Shown here in pieces: positions 10,405 to 20,005 of a DNA stretch of 64,000 nt (position 1 is its first letter; each line of letters opens with the position of its first letter). Made by a program: the position numbers and the translations under genes. The DNA is taken from assembly GCA_023459335.1 (NCBI GenBank), contig JAEWUO010000012.1:106-64105 (forward strand), in the 5' to 3' direction. This DNA is from Bacillota bacterium (lineage in GTDB: Bacteria; Bacillota; Clostridia; Christensenellales; CAG-138). The notes under the pieces were generated by a model. The model did no database searches. It worked only from the letters and a program-made list of their open reading frames with translations, and was not told the DNA's origin.

Positions 10405-10442
10405 TTATAAAATAAAACCCCTAGTTTGTAGACTAGGGGTTT
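10405..10442 (-). terminator. rho-independent terminator
   Basis: Hairpin AAACCCCTAGT/ACTAGGGGTTT followed by a T-rich tract on the minus strand. Confidence 0.7.
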
Positions 10443-10446
10443 ATAG

Positions 10447-11454
10447 TTATACTATCCCCTTTATTTTAATAAGGGTCTCTTTTAGTTTATCTTTATCGCT
10501 CTCAACTAAGTGAGAAAATTTTATGTCTTCTTTTTGGAATACTTCTCTCAATATGTTTGTAAATTGCTCTGTAATTTCCTTGTCACTAGAATATTTGACA
10601 AAAAGACTTTTCGCCTCAGTCAACATTGAATCAAAACTCTGTTCAGAATAAAAATTACTATTACTCTCTTCAGCGATACCGCCACCGCCGGCCGCAATTT
10701 GAGCATCCACAGCATCATTAACTGCAGTTAAAAAATTCTCATAAGAAAATTCTATACCCTTTTTAATGTAGTGATATCTTGAGCCAGCCCAGAATGTTGG
10801 TGTCTCCCTAAAGAACAACAATGGTTTTTCGTTTGGACGCCTGTGAATATAGCATATGTTATCTACTAACTTATTTACGATATCAAATGGTTTATCTTGC
10901 AATGACGGTTTTATCTGGTATATCGGTTCGACTGTTTCTTTTGAGCCATTTTGTTCAGCTTTGGCTTGAGCCGCCGCTGTTGCTTCTTTATTTATTTTTG
11001 TCTGACTGTGTGTAACAAAATTAATACCATATCCAGCATTAGCTAAGTCTGAAAGTGTTGATCTAAACTCTTCTTCAGACAAAGAATAGCCTTGTCCATA
11101 TGGAATATCACCTATTTTTGTGACAGAATGATCGTTCATTACTTTTGCCAATACATACTTCCAAAGAATATCTACTGTATCTATGGCAATAGTTGCATAC
11201 TTCTCCTTCAGTTCTGGCATAAGACACAACTGTTTTTTGATTGATATAAAATCCTCCCAATTGTGAATAGGAACAACCATTATATTATCAAGAGCATTAT
11301 AGCCGGGTTCACACGCAAGTAATAAACTCTTTGGAAATTTTGTTACTAGGGTTGTCTTTCCTATTTTTGGCAGACCATAAAATAGATTGTATTTTCCCTC
11401 GGTAGTTTTAGTTATTCGTCTTGGTGTTAATTCTTTTAAATTTACAAATGCCAT
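10447..11454 (-). CDS. P-loop ATPase (Sak4/AAA_24-like recombination-associated)
   Basis: YGLPKIGKTT (Walker A) and IAIDTVD (Walker B). Lies in the replication/recombination module. Confidence 0.55.
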   Translation of the reverse strand: MAFVNLKELTPRRITKTTEGKYNLFYGLPKIGKTTLVTKFPKSLLLACEPGYNALDNIMVVPIHNWEDFISIKKQLCLMPELKEKYATIAIDTVDILWKYVLAKVMNDHSVTKIGDIPYGQGYSLSEEEFRSTLSDLANAGYGINFVTHSQTKINKEATAAAQAKAEQNGSKETVEPIYQIKPSLQDKPFDIVNKLVDNICYIHRRPNEKPLLFFRETPTFWAGSRYHYIKKGIEFSYENFLTAVNDAVDAQIAAGGGGIAEESNSNFYSEQSFDSMLTEAKSLFVKYSSDKEITEQFTNILREVFQKEDIKFSHLVESDKDKLKETLIKIKGIV

Positions 11455-11484
11455 TAATCTAAACTCCTCCTTATTAAATAATGT

Positions 11485-11521
11485 TAAAATTAGTCGAACC
11501 TACAATTTTATAGGTTCGACT
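11485..11521 (-). terminator. rho-independent terminator
   Basis: Hairpin AGTCGAACCTA/TAGGTTCGACT plus a T-rich tail on the minus strand. Confidence 0.6.
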
Positions 11522-11533
11522 TTGAATTAGATT

Positions 11534-12496
11534 TTAGAAGCCCAAATCTAAATCATTATCATCAATTTTAACATTCTTTGGAGTTTCGACTGTTTTTGTT
11601 TTAGATTTTTGAGACATTTTATTTTTCTGTTCCTCTATATCTTTTATTCTTTCTTTTAATCCTTGCTCTAACTCTGTTGGATCATAAGATAATGAAGGTT
11701 CTAACCCAATAGCTGAACCAGATGTGATTATTAATTCTTGAATAAATTCTCTTTTTGTTTTCACAATTGGCTCACCGAAACCAACTTCTTCTTTTGTAGT
11801 TGTCACGGTTTCATTACAATTTATTAGACCTTTGGAAACTTTTACTGTATCATATTTCTTCCAAGATTGTTTTACGTGAGCGACTTTTTGAGGGGCTATT
11901 AAATACATCGTGAATACGCTTACCTTACCACTATATCCAACCGATGCCATTTTTAATTTTAATCTGCCAGTTAATGTTATTCCATCCTCTTTTACCTCTT
12001 CAGCGGTTGATGGATCATTTAAAATAATAAACACACCTTCAAAATAAGCTTCAGATTCATCATTTTCTCTCATTGGGTTCATGAAATTCATTTCGATAGT
12101 AAATTCACCATCTTTTTTTGTTGATAAAGCTTGTTCTTTTAGTATCGTTCTGTTCGACCAAAATGATACCATGTCGCCTCGACCATCTGGTTTTATAGAC
12201 GCCACTCTAGGAATAAAAGTTTCTTTGTATTTTTGAATTTTTTCAAATACTTGACTTATATTTTTATCCTTCGTATATTTCATTGAGAACATTCTGACTG
12301 GAACGAGTTGTTTCTCAACTTTACCTTCGACATCTTGTATAACTTCTATTTTTGCAAGACCAGAAATATATTCTCTTCCATCTGTGGTTTTCTTTTCTTC
12401 TATTATTAATTCCACTAATTCGCCTTGAATCCTCCCTTCTTGAATAGATTCATTTCCGATACCTTTTTCATTTTTTAATTTTAACATATAATACAT
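11534..12496 (-). CDS. hypothetical protein (possibly ssDNA-binding, judged by position only)
   Basis: 320-aa ORF with an acidic C-terminal tail (DDNDLDLGF) typical of SSB-type partners. Confidence 0.4.
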   Translation of the reverse strand: MYYMLKLKNEKGIGNESIQEGRIQGELVELIIEEKKTTDGREYISGLAKIEVIQDVEGKVEKQLVPVRMFSMKYTKDKNISQVFEKIQKYKETFIPRVASIKPDGRGDMVSFWSNRTILKEQALSTKKDGEFTIEMNFMNPMRENDESEAYFEGVFIILNDPSTAEEVKEDGITLTGRLKLKMASVGYSGKVSVFTMYLIAPQKVAHVKQSWKKYDTVKVSKGLINCNETVTTTKEEVGFGEPIVKTKREFIQELIITSGSAIGLEPSLSYDPTELEQGLKERIKDIEEQKNKMSQKSKTKTVETPKNVKIDDNDLDLGF

Positions 12497-12532
12497 ACTC
12501 CTTCATTCAATTTAATTTAATTTTAACTAATA

Positions 12533-12575
12533 AGACAAAAAAAGAAAACTATAAGAGGAGCTATGAGCTCCTCTT
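12533..12575 (-). terminator. rho-independent terminator
   Basis: Hairpin AAGAGGAGC/GCTCCTCTT followed by a T-run on the minus strand. Confidence 0.7.
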
Positions 12576-12594
12576 TATTTTCTAAAAACTTGGT

Positions 12595-12876
12595 TTAAAC
12601 TACAGGCTTAAATTCCATACCAGCAGAATTCAAAGCGAAAGTCTTGAACTCTTTATCTTTGCCGTCAATATTCACTGTTTTTACGCCTTTTTCAATTAAG
12701 CCTCTTTTGTTAAGACCTTGTACAGACCCTGTTACAGCCGCCGCTGATACACCCGCCGCTGACGCTAATTCAGCTGTTGTCATTGGTTCAGTTGTTGCTT
12801 TTAGAGTCGCTAAGACTTTTTGAGCATTTTCGCTCATTGGTTTAGTTGCTGTTGCTTTTGGTGTTGTGTTTTCCAT
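12595..12876 (-). CDS. small winged-helix-like DNA-binding protein
   Basis: MTTAELASAAGVSAAAVTGSVQGLNKRGLIEK is an HTH-like segment. The gene is unusually GC-rich for this window. Confidence 0.45.
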   Translation of the reverse strand: MENTTPKATATKPMSENAQKVLATLKATTEPMTTAELASAAGVSAAAVTGSVQGLNKRGLIEKGVKTVNIDGKDKEFKTFALNSAGMEFKPVV

Positions 12877-12950
12877 AATTAATTACCTTCCTTTTCGCCA
12901 CTATGGGCGTTATTTTATTTTTTTGTTAAGTAGTTATGCTACTCAACTAA

Positions 12951-13020
12951 GCTAATACTTGGAATCGAACCAAGAACCAATGCTTACAAGGCATTTGTTT
13001 TACCACTAAACTATATTAGC
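12951..13020 (-). tRNA. tRNA-Thr (UGU)
   Basis: Manual cloverleaf: acceptor GCTAATA/TATTAGC, anticodon arm AATGC-CTTGTAA-GCATT, T arm CTTGG-TTCGATT-CCAAG. Confidence 0.85.
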
Positions 13021-13036
13021 ATTTTACTATAATATA

Positions 13037-13065
13037 ATTATATCATATATTTTGAAAAAAGTCAA
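13037..13065 (-). promoter_or_regulatory. phage consensus promoter (drives tRNA-Thr)
   Basis: TTGACT-17-TATAAT on the minus strand, followed by TATATTATAGTAAAAT. Confidence 0.7.
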
Positions 13066-13075
13066 TCTAAAGAGC

Positions 13076-13130
13076 TTTTCTTTTGTTCTCTTTCTTTTGT
13101 TCTCTTTCTTTTGTTCTCTTTCTTTTCTTC
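13076..13130. repeat. Tandem 14-bp repeat TTTCTTTTGTTCTC, 3 copies plus a partial copy
   Basis: Direct reading of 13076-13130. The repeat lies between two near-identical promoters. Confidence 0.85.
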
Positions 13131-13139
13131 ACTATAATA

Positions 13140-13168
13140 ATTATATCATATATTTTGAAAAAAGTCAA
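13140..13168 (-). promoter_or_regulatory. phage consensus promoter (duplicate of 13037-13065)
   Basis: TTGACT-17-TATAAT on the minus strand. About 40 bp are nearly identical to the neighbouring promoter. Confidence 0.65.
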
Positions 13169-13170
13169 TA

Positions 13171-13695
13171 CTATAAATAAAATGGGTATATTATAATTGT
13201 TTCGTCTTTTTTCTTTAAAAAACAACCATGAATAGAATTTGCAAATGGGCTTTCTTCATTTTCTACTATTGGAAAAAAACAAAAACACTCGTTTTCAATT
13301 TTATAAGCAATTAATTCTATTATTGGTAATTCTTCTTCTGACTGCTCATTTTCAAATTCATCGCCACTAATAAAATCTTCTTGTTTAACAAGAAAATCAT
13401 TTAACTGCTGAACATCTTCGTCTATTTGGGCGACAATGTTCTTAATACTTTCATTATTTGATAAGGATATTTTTTGATATTCTTCAGCATTAATATTAAT
13501 TATACAATTAACAGCCATAAATCTACTAGCACTATCCCATAGATTATTCTTTTCTACTATATTTTGAATATGATATCCGATAAATTTACCAAATTCCTCC
13601 ATTTCACAGGTTTGAATATTAACAAATCCATCTCTCTGTAGAACAAATTCTTTTATATAATCTAACATTGCTGGTAATATAACTACATTACTCAT
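13171..13695 (-). CDS. hypothetical acidic protein
   Basis: 174-aa ORF with an acidic stretch FENEQSEEELP. Tightly follows the helicase gene. Confidence 0.45.
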   Translation of the reverse strand: MSNVVILPAMLDYIKEFVLQRDGFVNIQTCEMEEFGKFIGYHIQNIVEKNNLWDSASRFMAVNCIININAEEYQKISLSNNESIKNIVAQIDEDVQQLNDFLVKQEDFISGDEFENEQSEEELPIIELIAYKIENECFCFFPIVENEESPFANSIHGCFLKKKDETIIIYPFYL

Positions 13696-13710
13696 TTTTA
13701 CTTCCTTTCT

Positions 13711-15855
13711 TTAGAAGAAATCATTTGTTTTTTTTGGAACAAAAAATTTCTCATTCATACATACGAACAGTTGTTTTCTCGCTCTCGTCGCCGCCACATA
13801 AGAAACATTTCGCTCCTCAGTATTATAATTTTTCATTCCAATCATTATGACATTATCGACTTCTAGTCCCTTCGCCGCATGGGCGGTCAAAACCTTAACT
13901 TTATCACTATTTGTTAACTGTTCTATTTCAGATAAAGTTAAATCTTTCTTCTTAAAAGTCACATTTGGAATGCCCGCACGTCTTAATAAATCAACAGTTT
14001 TATCTATTAATTTATTAGTTCTACAAATAAAAAACCAATCTTTAAAATTTCCGTTTTTAGAAATAATTTCAATCGAGTCGCTTGGTTCTATCTTATAGAC
14101 TTCACCTTTATCTTTTGAACATATTTCTGTATTTTTTGGTATTCTATTATCTCTATTCGATAACAAACTCTTTGCAAAAGAAAGGATTTCTTCCCCATTA
14201 CGATAATTTTCATTTAAAAAATATTTTTCAAAATAATAATCATCATACATACTGAGAATTATTTTTGTATTACCGCCTTTAAATCCATATATAGCTTGGT
14301 CATCATCACCAACTACGAATAAATTCTTTGGCTGTAGTTTTTCAATAAATTTATATTCATTGTCGCATACATCTTGTGCCTCGTCTAGCAACAAGTGTTC
14401 GACATCTGGGAGCAACGTATAGCCAAGTTTCATTACCTCAGATAATAACCAATCGAAATCTTCATCATTAATTTTATCATCAGTTTTAATACCTACTGAT
14501 TTACAAATTGAATTAGCCAAAGAGTGAATTGTTCCTATAAATAAAGACCCCGGAACAGCATCTAGTCTTTTCTTCATTTCTTCAGCAGCTAAGTTCGTGA
14601 AGGTTATACATTTGATTTTCGATGGGTCAACACCGATACTTAATAAATATCTTACCCTTTCTGTTATTACTGTGGTATTATGAGTAACAACAAAGTCATT
14701 TACTAAAAATAGATTCTCTTCATTATCTACTTCAAAACAAATCATTTCTTCTTTATAATTAAGAGGTTTAATCTCAATTATTTCTAATTTATCGTTTTCC
14801 CATTTGTCTATCATTGTTTCTTTTGCTATTGAGGCTATATTTTTTTTACAATGAATTGAAAAAATTTGTTCTATTCTGTCTTTTTTAACATACAGTTGGA
14901 TTACAGTCGAATTTAACTTCACACTATAATTATTATCAATAGAAATAACTTCTTCTATTGGATGAGCTGTTGCTTTTATCCCAATAGACTTACATAATTT
15001 TGAAATCATTAATTCCACTTCGGTATCATATGTCTCTAATGATACTGTAAAATCAATTGGGTCAATATTACCAATAGCGTCTGCAATGCCTTTTAAAACA
15101 AGACTTCTATTTTGAAAAGTATTTGCTACGCACAATTTTTTTCTCAATAAATGCAATTTATTTTTAAAGACATCAGCAACTTTAATAATTTTATTATCTT
15201 TATCTTTAAAATATATATACCCTAATTGGTCAATTTCCCAAACTTCGGAATTAATTAATGGTTTTAAAATTTCAGCCATTTCTGGTTTATTATAAATATG
15301 AAAATAATTACTTTTATCTTCTTCTGGAAACAATGAAGAAATTGGAGCACCTATCGCTAAATAAACCCCAAATACATATGGATTTACATCACCAAAATAG
15401 TCTTCTTCATATTCTAGTTCTGTTGCTCCTATTGGTAAAAAGAATTTATTTCTTCTAAAATTATTAATTAAATATCTAGTATTTGACGTATTTAGAACAT
15501 CTTCGTCTCTATTGTAATAACTCCAGAGATGTTCTTCGCAACATTTTACTGTTGCATTATTTGCAAGTGTTAGTTGTATTACTTGCTTTTTCTCACTTTG
15601 AGGATAAACTCCTAGAACTTTTGTTGGCTTTCCTATTCTATCGAAAATAAAATCACCAACTTTAATATTTTTTGCTAAAACTACACCATTTGGTGTTGGA
15701 ATATTGGTTTCCATAGGAATAGCCTTACCAGAACCAGCACCAGCTACAACTAACACCCTATTTTTGTCGGTTTCTACCGCCAACTTTTGATTTCTGTTCA
15801 TTTGCTTATTTTTTAATATTTGATCCATTCTTTTACCCCTCTTCTTATTTACCAT
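13711..15855 (-). CDS. UvrD/PcrA-like SF1 helicase precursor containing an intein
   Basis: AGAGSGK|...|TTVITERV (motif I split), LLLDEAQD, VGDDDQAIYGFKGG, NYRNG, HAAKGLEVDNV, YVAATRARK. Confidence 0.85.
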   Translation of the reverse strand: MVNKKRGKRMDQILKNKQMNRNQKLAVETDKNRVLVVAGAGSGKAIPMETNIPTPNGVVLAKNIKVGDFIFDRIGKPTKVLGVYPQSEKKQVIQLTLANNATVKCCEEHLWSYYNRDEDVLNTSNTRYLINNFRRNKFFLPIGATELEYEEDYFGDVNPYVFGVYLAIGAPISSLFPEEDKSNYFHIYNKPEMAEILKPLINSEVWEIDQLGYIYFKDKDNKIIKVADVFKNKLHLLRKKLCVANTFQNRSLVLKGIADAIGNIDPIDFTVSLETYDTEVELMISKLCKSIGIKATAHPIEEVISIDNNYSVKLNSTVIQLYVKKDRIEQIFSIHCKKNIASIAKETMIDKWENDKLEIIEIKPLNYKEEMICFEVDNEENLFLVNDFVVTHNTTVITERVRYLLSIGVDPSKIKCITFTNLAAEEMKKRLDAVPGSLFIGTIHSLANSICKSVGIKTDDKINDEDFDWLLSEVMKLGYTLLPDVEHLLLDEAQDVCDNEYKFIEKLQPKNLFVVGDDDQAIYGFKGGNTKIILSMYDDYYFEKYFLNENYRNGEEILSFAKSLLSNRDNRIPKNTEICSKDKGEVYKIEPSDSIEIISKNGNFKDWFFICRTNKLIDKTVDLLRRAGIPNVTFKKKDLTLSEIEQLTNSDKVKVLTAHAAKGLEVDNVIMIGMKNYNTEERNVSYVAATRARKQLFVCMNEKFFVPKKTNDFF
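14677..15723 (-). mobile_element. Intein (349 aa) in the UvrD-like P-loop; class-3-like signature with a degenerate LAGLIDADG-like insert
   Basis: GK|AIPMETNIPT...CCEEHLW...MICFEVDN...NDFVVTHN|T. Paralogous to the DnaB intein. VFGVYLAIGAP and VLKGIADAIGN look like decayed LAGLIDADG motifs. Confidence 0.8.
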
Positions 15856-15861
15856 AATATA

Positions 15862-15890
15862 ATTATAACATATTTTTTTAAAAAAGTCAA
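15862..15890 (-). promoter_or_regulatory. phage consensus promoter
   Basis: TTGACT-17-TATAAT on the minus strand, upstream of the helicase. Confidence 0.7.
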
Positions 15891-15950
15891 CAATATCAAC
15901 TTATATTCATGTGAAATAATAACTAACTAACTTACTAATCTTCTATATTA

Positions 15951-15979
15951 ATTATATCCTAAGAAAAGAAAAAAGTCAA
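15951..15979 (-). promoter_or_regulatory. phage consensus promoter (TTAATATAGAAG variant) overlapping a terminator hairpin
   Basis: TTGACT-17-TATAAT on the minus strand. The -35 box lies in the 3' arm of the hairpin at 15971-16000. Confidence 0.6.
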
Positions 15980-16000
15980 GCATTTTAACACTTGACTTTT
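15961..16000 (-). terminator. rho-independent terminator after the 914-aa gene
   Basis: Hairpin AAAAGTCAAG/CTTGACTTTT followed by TTCTTTTCTT on the minus strand. Confidence 0.65.
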
Positions 16001-16005
16001 TGAAA

Positions 16006-18750
16006 TTAAAAATCACTTAGTAATTTGGGGAAGTAAGGTGGTGCATTTTCACCATCAATAAACATTCCACCAATACCTAATTGTCCTCTGGATTTTTGAT
16101 ATACTGAACCATCATCTTTATTTCCAATTATACAGTAATTATAAAAATATCCCATTTGCAAATTTCCAGTTTCTATAACAAAGCTATATTTATCACTAAA
16201 TGAATGATTACTCCATTTATTTATTGGTTGACTATTATAATAATTTGTATCGGCCTCATCTATTGTCGCCGCTGATATATTGTTTTTTGTTGATGTTGAT
16301 AAAAAAGGTCCATCACCTGTATCACCTACATCATTATTAAATCTTTTTATTCCTTCGGCGACAGACTGTGTAATTGTTGAATCTAATGTGCCGCCGCCTA
16401 TTATACCAACAACTTTTAGAGAGGAGAAACATCTACTTCTTTCATCTGTGGAAGTTAAGATAATATTATTAATCTTCATACCCTTTTGAGCATATCTCGC
16501 CGGCTCACCACCAAAAATAACCATCATAGGTAATTCGGCTTCGCCAACACTTAATTGCCAATCTCCACTAACTGTTCTAGCCGCTTCAATTTTTTGAATA
16601 TAAGAGAATGGTGTTATCTGTGGTAATGAACTAGACACATTTTCAAAATAATATGGAGAATTTGTACTACTTGGGTCTATAAAGTCAGTAAACCATTTTC
16701 CAGAACCGACCCCACTAGTTTTACATATGTGGGTTTCTTGATTATTTTGATTAAATAATCCATAACCTTCTAAAACTGGTTTACCCTCACTATTTGTTAA
16801 TGGATAAGGGGTAGAAATATACGCCATTCTTGTCCCGCTTTGTGATGAATTTTTTACAGATAGATCTCCTGTTAATAAATTACCAGTAGATAATACAGTA
16901 GTTGAAATATCACTACTATTGAAGGTTGAAAAAAATACATCTATTGGAATTATATCTTGAAAATACTGCTCTGTTAATTCACTTGACTGTGGTCTAAAAA
17001 TTTCAACCAATATATTATTTCTTGGTGTTGATACTATTTCTCTTATTATTTTTCCGTCAGTTGAGGATATTTTTTGAGATGTGTTTAATTGATTTGTTTT
17101 CTTAAATACTATTAAATTTGGATATTTACTCCAAGTGTCCTCATATAATTGATAATTTTGCTGAATACCTAAGCCTTTGTAATCAGGATCTTTATTTATT
17201 GTCGTAGTATTTTCTTTAATATTATAAAGAACATTTGCACCCATGTGGTTATAAGTTGCGTCATTTTCTCCTAAGTGAACAAACATTAATTCGCCGCCAA
17301 TTAACAATTGAGATGGAATAAAAACTAATTTTGGTAAAATATCGTCATAATTGCCGCCATAGAGGTTTTCAAGAACTTCACTATTTTCACCATATAATAT
17401 TCCTCCAGAGTAGTCGTAATATCGTTCATCAAAAAAGACGTAAATATTTTCATTACTTTTATCTGCTGTTGTTATAACATCACCATTGTTTTTAATAAGT
17501 GTCGAAATATTAATATCACTAAGGGAAATTGATCTAGAACCATGAACACCATTAATTTTAATTTTTACGTTTTTTAAACTTACAGGCTCTTTTATAGAGA
17601 ATGTTGGAGCTTCTATTTCAAACCCTACTGTTGAGCCGCCGGTCACTTGTCCAACTAAAGTAGAAACTTCACTTTTTAATTGTGAATATCCATCCCAAAT
17701 ATTCCAAATATTTTGCCATAAATCTCCAATTTCATTAAGCGTATCTGAAAAAATATTCATAATACCATTTGAATTCCATAATGAATTGGTTACAGCATCA
17801 AGAACATTTGCGATTACCCAAAAGTTTTTATTTAAATCTTCTATCTCTACTCTTCTTGAATACTGCGGCATTAATAAATTAATTCCATTTGTTTCAAAAA
17901 ACCAACCATTTGCATAAAGAGCATCTATCAACTCATCATATGTTAAATATGGTTTTGAAATGGATTCAATTCTATTTAAAATAAATATATATAACTGAAG
18001 AATTCTGTTTTCAAATTCTTCAGGAATTTTTGCTAAAAATTCATTTTGAAAATTGGTATATGTAGCATTTTCTATTGATTCCACGGCTTGTTGAGTGTAT
18101 TTTCCAGAGTATATAATTAAATTTCCATTAAAGTCTCTAACGAAATCGACTTCATTATTTACATATTCTATCCCATAGTATTGCGAATTAATTAAAACTG
18201 GGGTTCTAAGAGGATATGCTTCATCAGAGTTAATTCTTAGCACTTCCACATACTCATTTTTTAATTCAAACGTTTCAAATCCCGTTCCCAACATTGAATT
18301 TGTATAGTAATTTAATAAAATACAAGCATCATCAATACCAACAACGCCGTCTCCATTAAAATCACATATCCCAACCGCTTTTAAGTCAAGTCGCCTTTGG
18401 GCATCAAGTTCAGATGCAATTATATTTGTATAATCCATATTCAATAAGTTCATATCTTTTTCATCTGTTCTTGCGGCCGTATACTCTTGTCCAGATTTAT
18501 TACTTAATGGCTTTGGATTTAAATAATTACCACTAATTGTTCCTCTAGCGTCAGCTTTCAGAAGTTCATTTATCGAAATTTGTGGATTTGTACCTTTTGA
18601 ATTTTTTATTTCATTATATTTAGTTTTAAGAGTTGCTAAAGATATATTCCACGAAATTGCTTTATTTAAAACAGAACTTATTGGGTCTCCAAACTGTTTA
18701 TTTTCAGCTGGTATTTGTTGCAATAAGGCTCTTACATCAGCTATTGTCAT
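16006..18750 (-). CDS. large late/virion-associated protein (914 aa) with a dockerin/EF-hand-like Ca-binding loop
   Basis: Long ORF downstream of the lysis genes. Contains DFNGDGVVGIDDACILLNYY. No other recognisable motifs. Confidence 0.5.
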   Translation of the reverse strand: MTIADVRALLQQIPAENKQFGDPISSVLNKAISWNISLATLKTKYNEIKNSKGTNPQISINELLKADARGTISGNYLNPKPLSNKSGQEYTAARTDEKDMNLLNMDYTNIIASELDAQRRLDLKAVGICDFNGDGVVGIDDACILLNYYTNSMLGTGFETFELKNEYVEVLRINSDEAYPLRTPVLINSQYYGIEYVNNEVDFVRDFNGNLIIYSGKYTQQAVESIENATYTNFQNEFLAKIPEEFENRILQLYIFILNRIESISKPYLTYDELIDALYANGWFFETNGINLLMPQYSRRVEIEDLNKNFWVIANVLDAVTNSLWNSNGIMNIFSDTLNEIGDLWQNIWNIWDGYSQLKSEVSTLVGQVTGGSTVGFEIEAPTFSIKEPVSLKNVKIKINGVHGSRSISLSDINISTLIKNNGDVITTADKSNENIYVFFDERYYDYSGGILYGENSEVLENLYGGNYDDILPKLVFIPSQLLIGGELMFVHLGENDATYNHMGANVLYNIKENTTTINKDPDYKGLGIQQNYQLYEDTWSKYPNLIVFKKTNQLNTSQKISSTDGKIIREIVSTPRNNILVEIFRPQSSELTEQYFQDIIPIDVFFSTFNSSDISTTVLSTGNLLTGDLSVKNSSQSGTRMAYISTPYPLTNSEGKPVLEGYGLFNQNNQETHICKTSGVGSGKWFTDFIDPSSTNSPYYFENVSSSLPQITPFSYIQKIEAARTVSGDWQLSVGEAELPMMVIFGGEPARYAQKGMKINNIILTSTDERSRCFSSLKVVGIIGGGTLDSTITQSVAEGIKRFNNDVGDTGDGPFLSTSTKNNISAATIDEADTNYYNSQPINKWSNHSFSDKYSFVIETGNLQMGYFYNYCIIGNKDDGSVYQKSRGQLGIGGMFIDGENAPPYFPKLLSDF

Positions 18751-18777
18751 TGTTACCTCCTATAAAGAGTAGAGAGA

Positions 18778-20004
18778 CTAAACTCTCTCTACTCTTATTT
18801 GTATACGATCAATTACCTTTGTAAATACGCCGGCATATCCATCGCCATTTATCTCATTATAATTTTGTACAAATGGTAAATAAGGTCCATTTAACGTAGA
18901 AACCCTATATACAATTTTATAATTCTTATCTATTGAATCTATTTGAATTGCATCTATCGGAGATCCATTTATACCAGCATATCCATTATTAAAATCATTA
19001 ATGTTATACCCGTTAACCCAAGGTAACCATCGACCTTGTGTTCTAACTCTATATCTAATTTCAATAGGTGATTTAATTCTTATTAAACTTATTGGTTGCC
19101 CTATTATGCCGGCATATCCGTTATCATTATCATTTTGCATATCTGTAATTTCACCAAGCCACCTATTTTGACTATTTACTTGATAAGTTATTGATGGAAT
19201 TGGACTAAAAGAGTTTTGGATATTTTCTGTTAACTTCTCTCCTTTAGAATTGAATACATAATGTTCATTAGTTGCGGCGGCTTTTACTGCATTTGAGAAG
19301 TTAGCAAAAGCTCCAATTTGAGACCTTTCATTATTCCACGACTTTCTAACTCTAAATAATTCATCATTCTCTGGTTGAGTGGACTTAGTAACTACAACCT
19401 CACTATAAAGATTCATATATGACTTAACTTTATTTTTAAAATTGTTCCAATGTGGTAATATATATAATGGACACATTTTATATGGGTGCCTCATTTGATT
19501 TAGAGTATCAGTATTACCAACTTTACCATCTCTTACATTTAGCCAATGAGTGTGTGTATACAATTCGTTTATTGTTAAGTTATTGCTCACAAGTAGAGCT
19601 GCCGCCAACTTAGCCGTCAAATCTTCAGATTTTAAACTTTGAACGTCAACACTATTTCTCATAATACATTCAATTGAGATGGTCTCCATATTTCCTCTTC
19701 CATTACCGTCAGTGGCGTGCCAGCTACTTAATTCTAGTGGTAGGTTTTGCCATATAGAAACATCATCAACATAGAAATGAACCCTAACATCTCCCATATT
19801 ACCATTTACAGTAGCTCTCGTATACTGTTCGGCAGGGGTTGTTGTTGTCGCCACATTTATCCAATCAGTATTATGAATAGTTATGCCGCTTAATCTTCTT
19901 AATCCTCGACTTGGCAATTCTATATTGTTTGGATTTGATACTGTTAATAAATACTGATTTATTTTTAAATCTTTTAATAAATATTCTTTTTGTGGTATTA
20001 ACAT
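18778..20004 (-). CDS. Endolysin: N-acetylmuramoyl-L-alanine amidase (amidase_2/PGRP) plus ChW-type cell-wall-binding repeats
   Basis: ITIHNTD...HFYVDD...WHATDGNGRGN..ISIEC. Three C-terminal repeats of the form RWL..W.N......GYAG..G.PI..I.I. Start moved to ATG 20004, behind the RBS GGAGGGGGA. Confidence 0.8.
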   Translation of the reverse strand: MLIPQKEYLLKDLKINQYLLTVSNPNNIELPSRGLRRLSGITIHNTDWINVATTTTPAEQYTRATVNGNMGDVRVHFYVDDVSIWQNLPLELSSWHATDGNGRGNMETISIECIMRNSVDVQSLKSEDLTAKLAAALLVSNNLTINELYTHTHWLNVRDGKVGNTDTLNQMRHPYKMCPLYILPHWNNFKNKVKSYMNLYSEVVVTKSTQPENDELFRVRKSWNNERSQIGAFANFSNAVKAAATNEHYVFNSKGEKLTENIQNSFSPIPSITYQVNSQNRWLGEITDMQNDNDNGYAGIIGQPISLIRIKSPIEIRYRVRTQGRWLPWVNGYNINDFNNGYAGINGSPIDAIQIDSIDKNYKIVYRVSTLNGPYLPFVQNYNEINGDGYAGVFTKVIDRIQIRVERV

Positions 20005-20005
20005 A

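Noticed and set aside
13076-13130. Possible CRISPR array (also considered for 27279-27345 and 55237-55314).
   Set aside because: The repeats are contiguous, 11-39 bp long, have no unique spacers and number only 2-6 units. There are no cas genes in the window.
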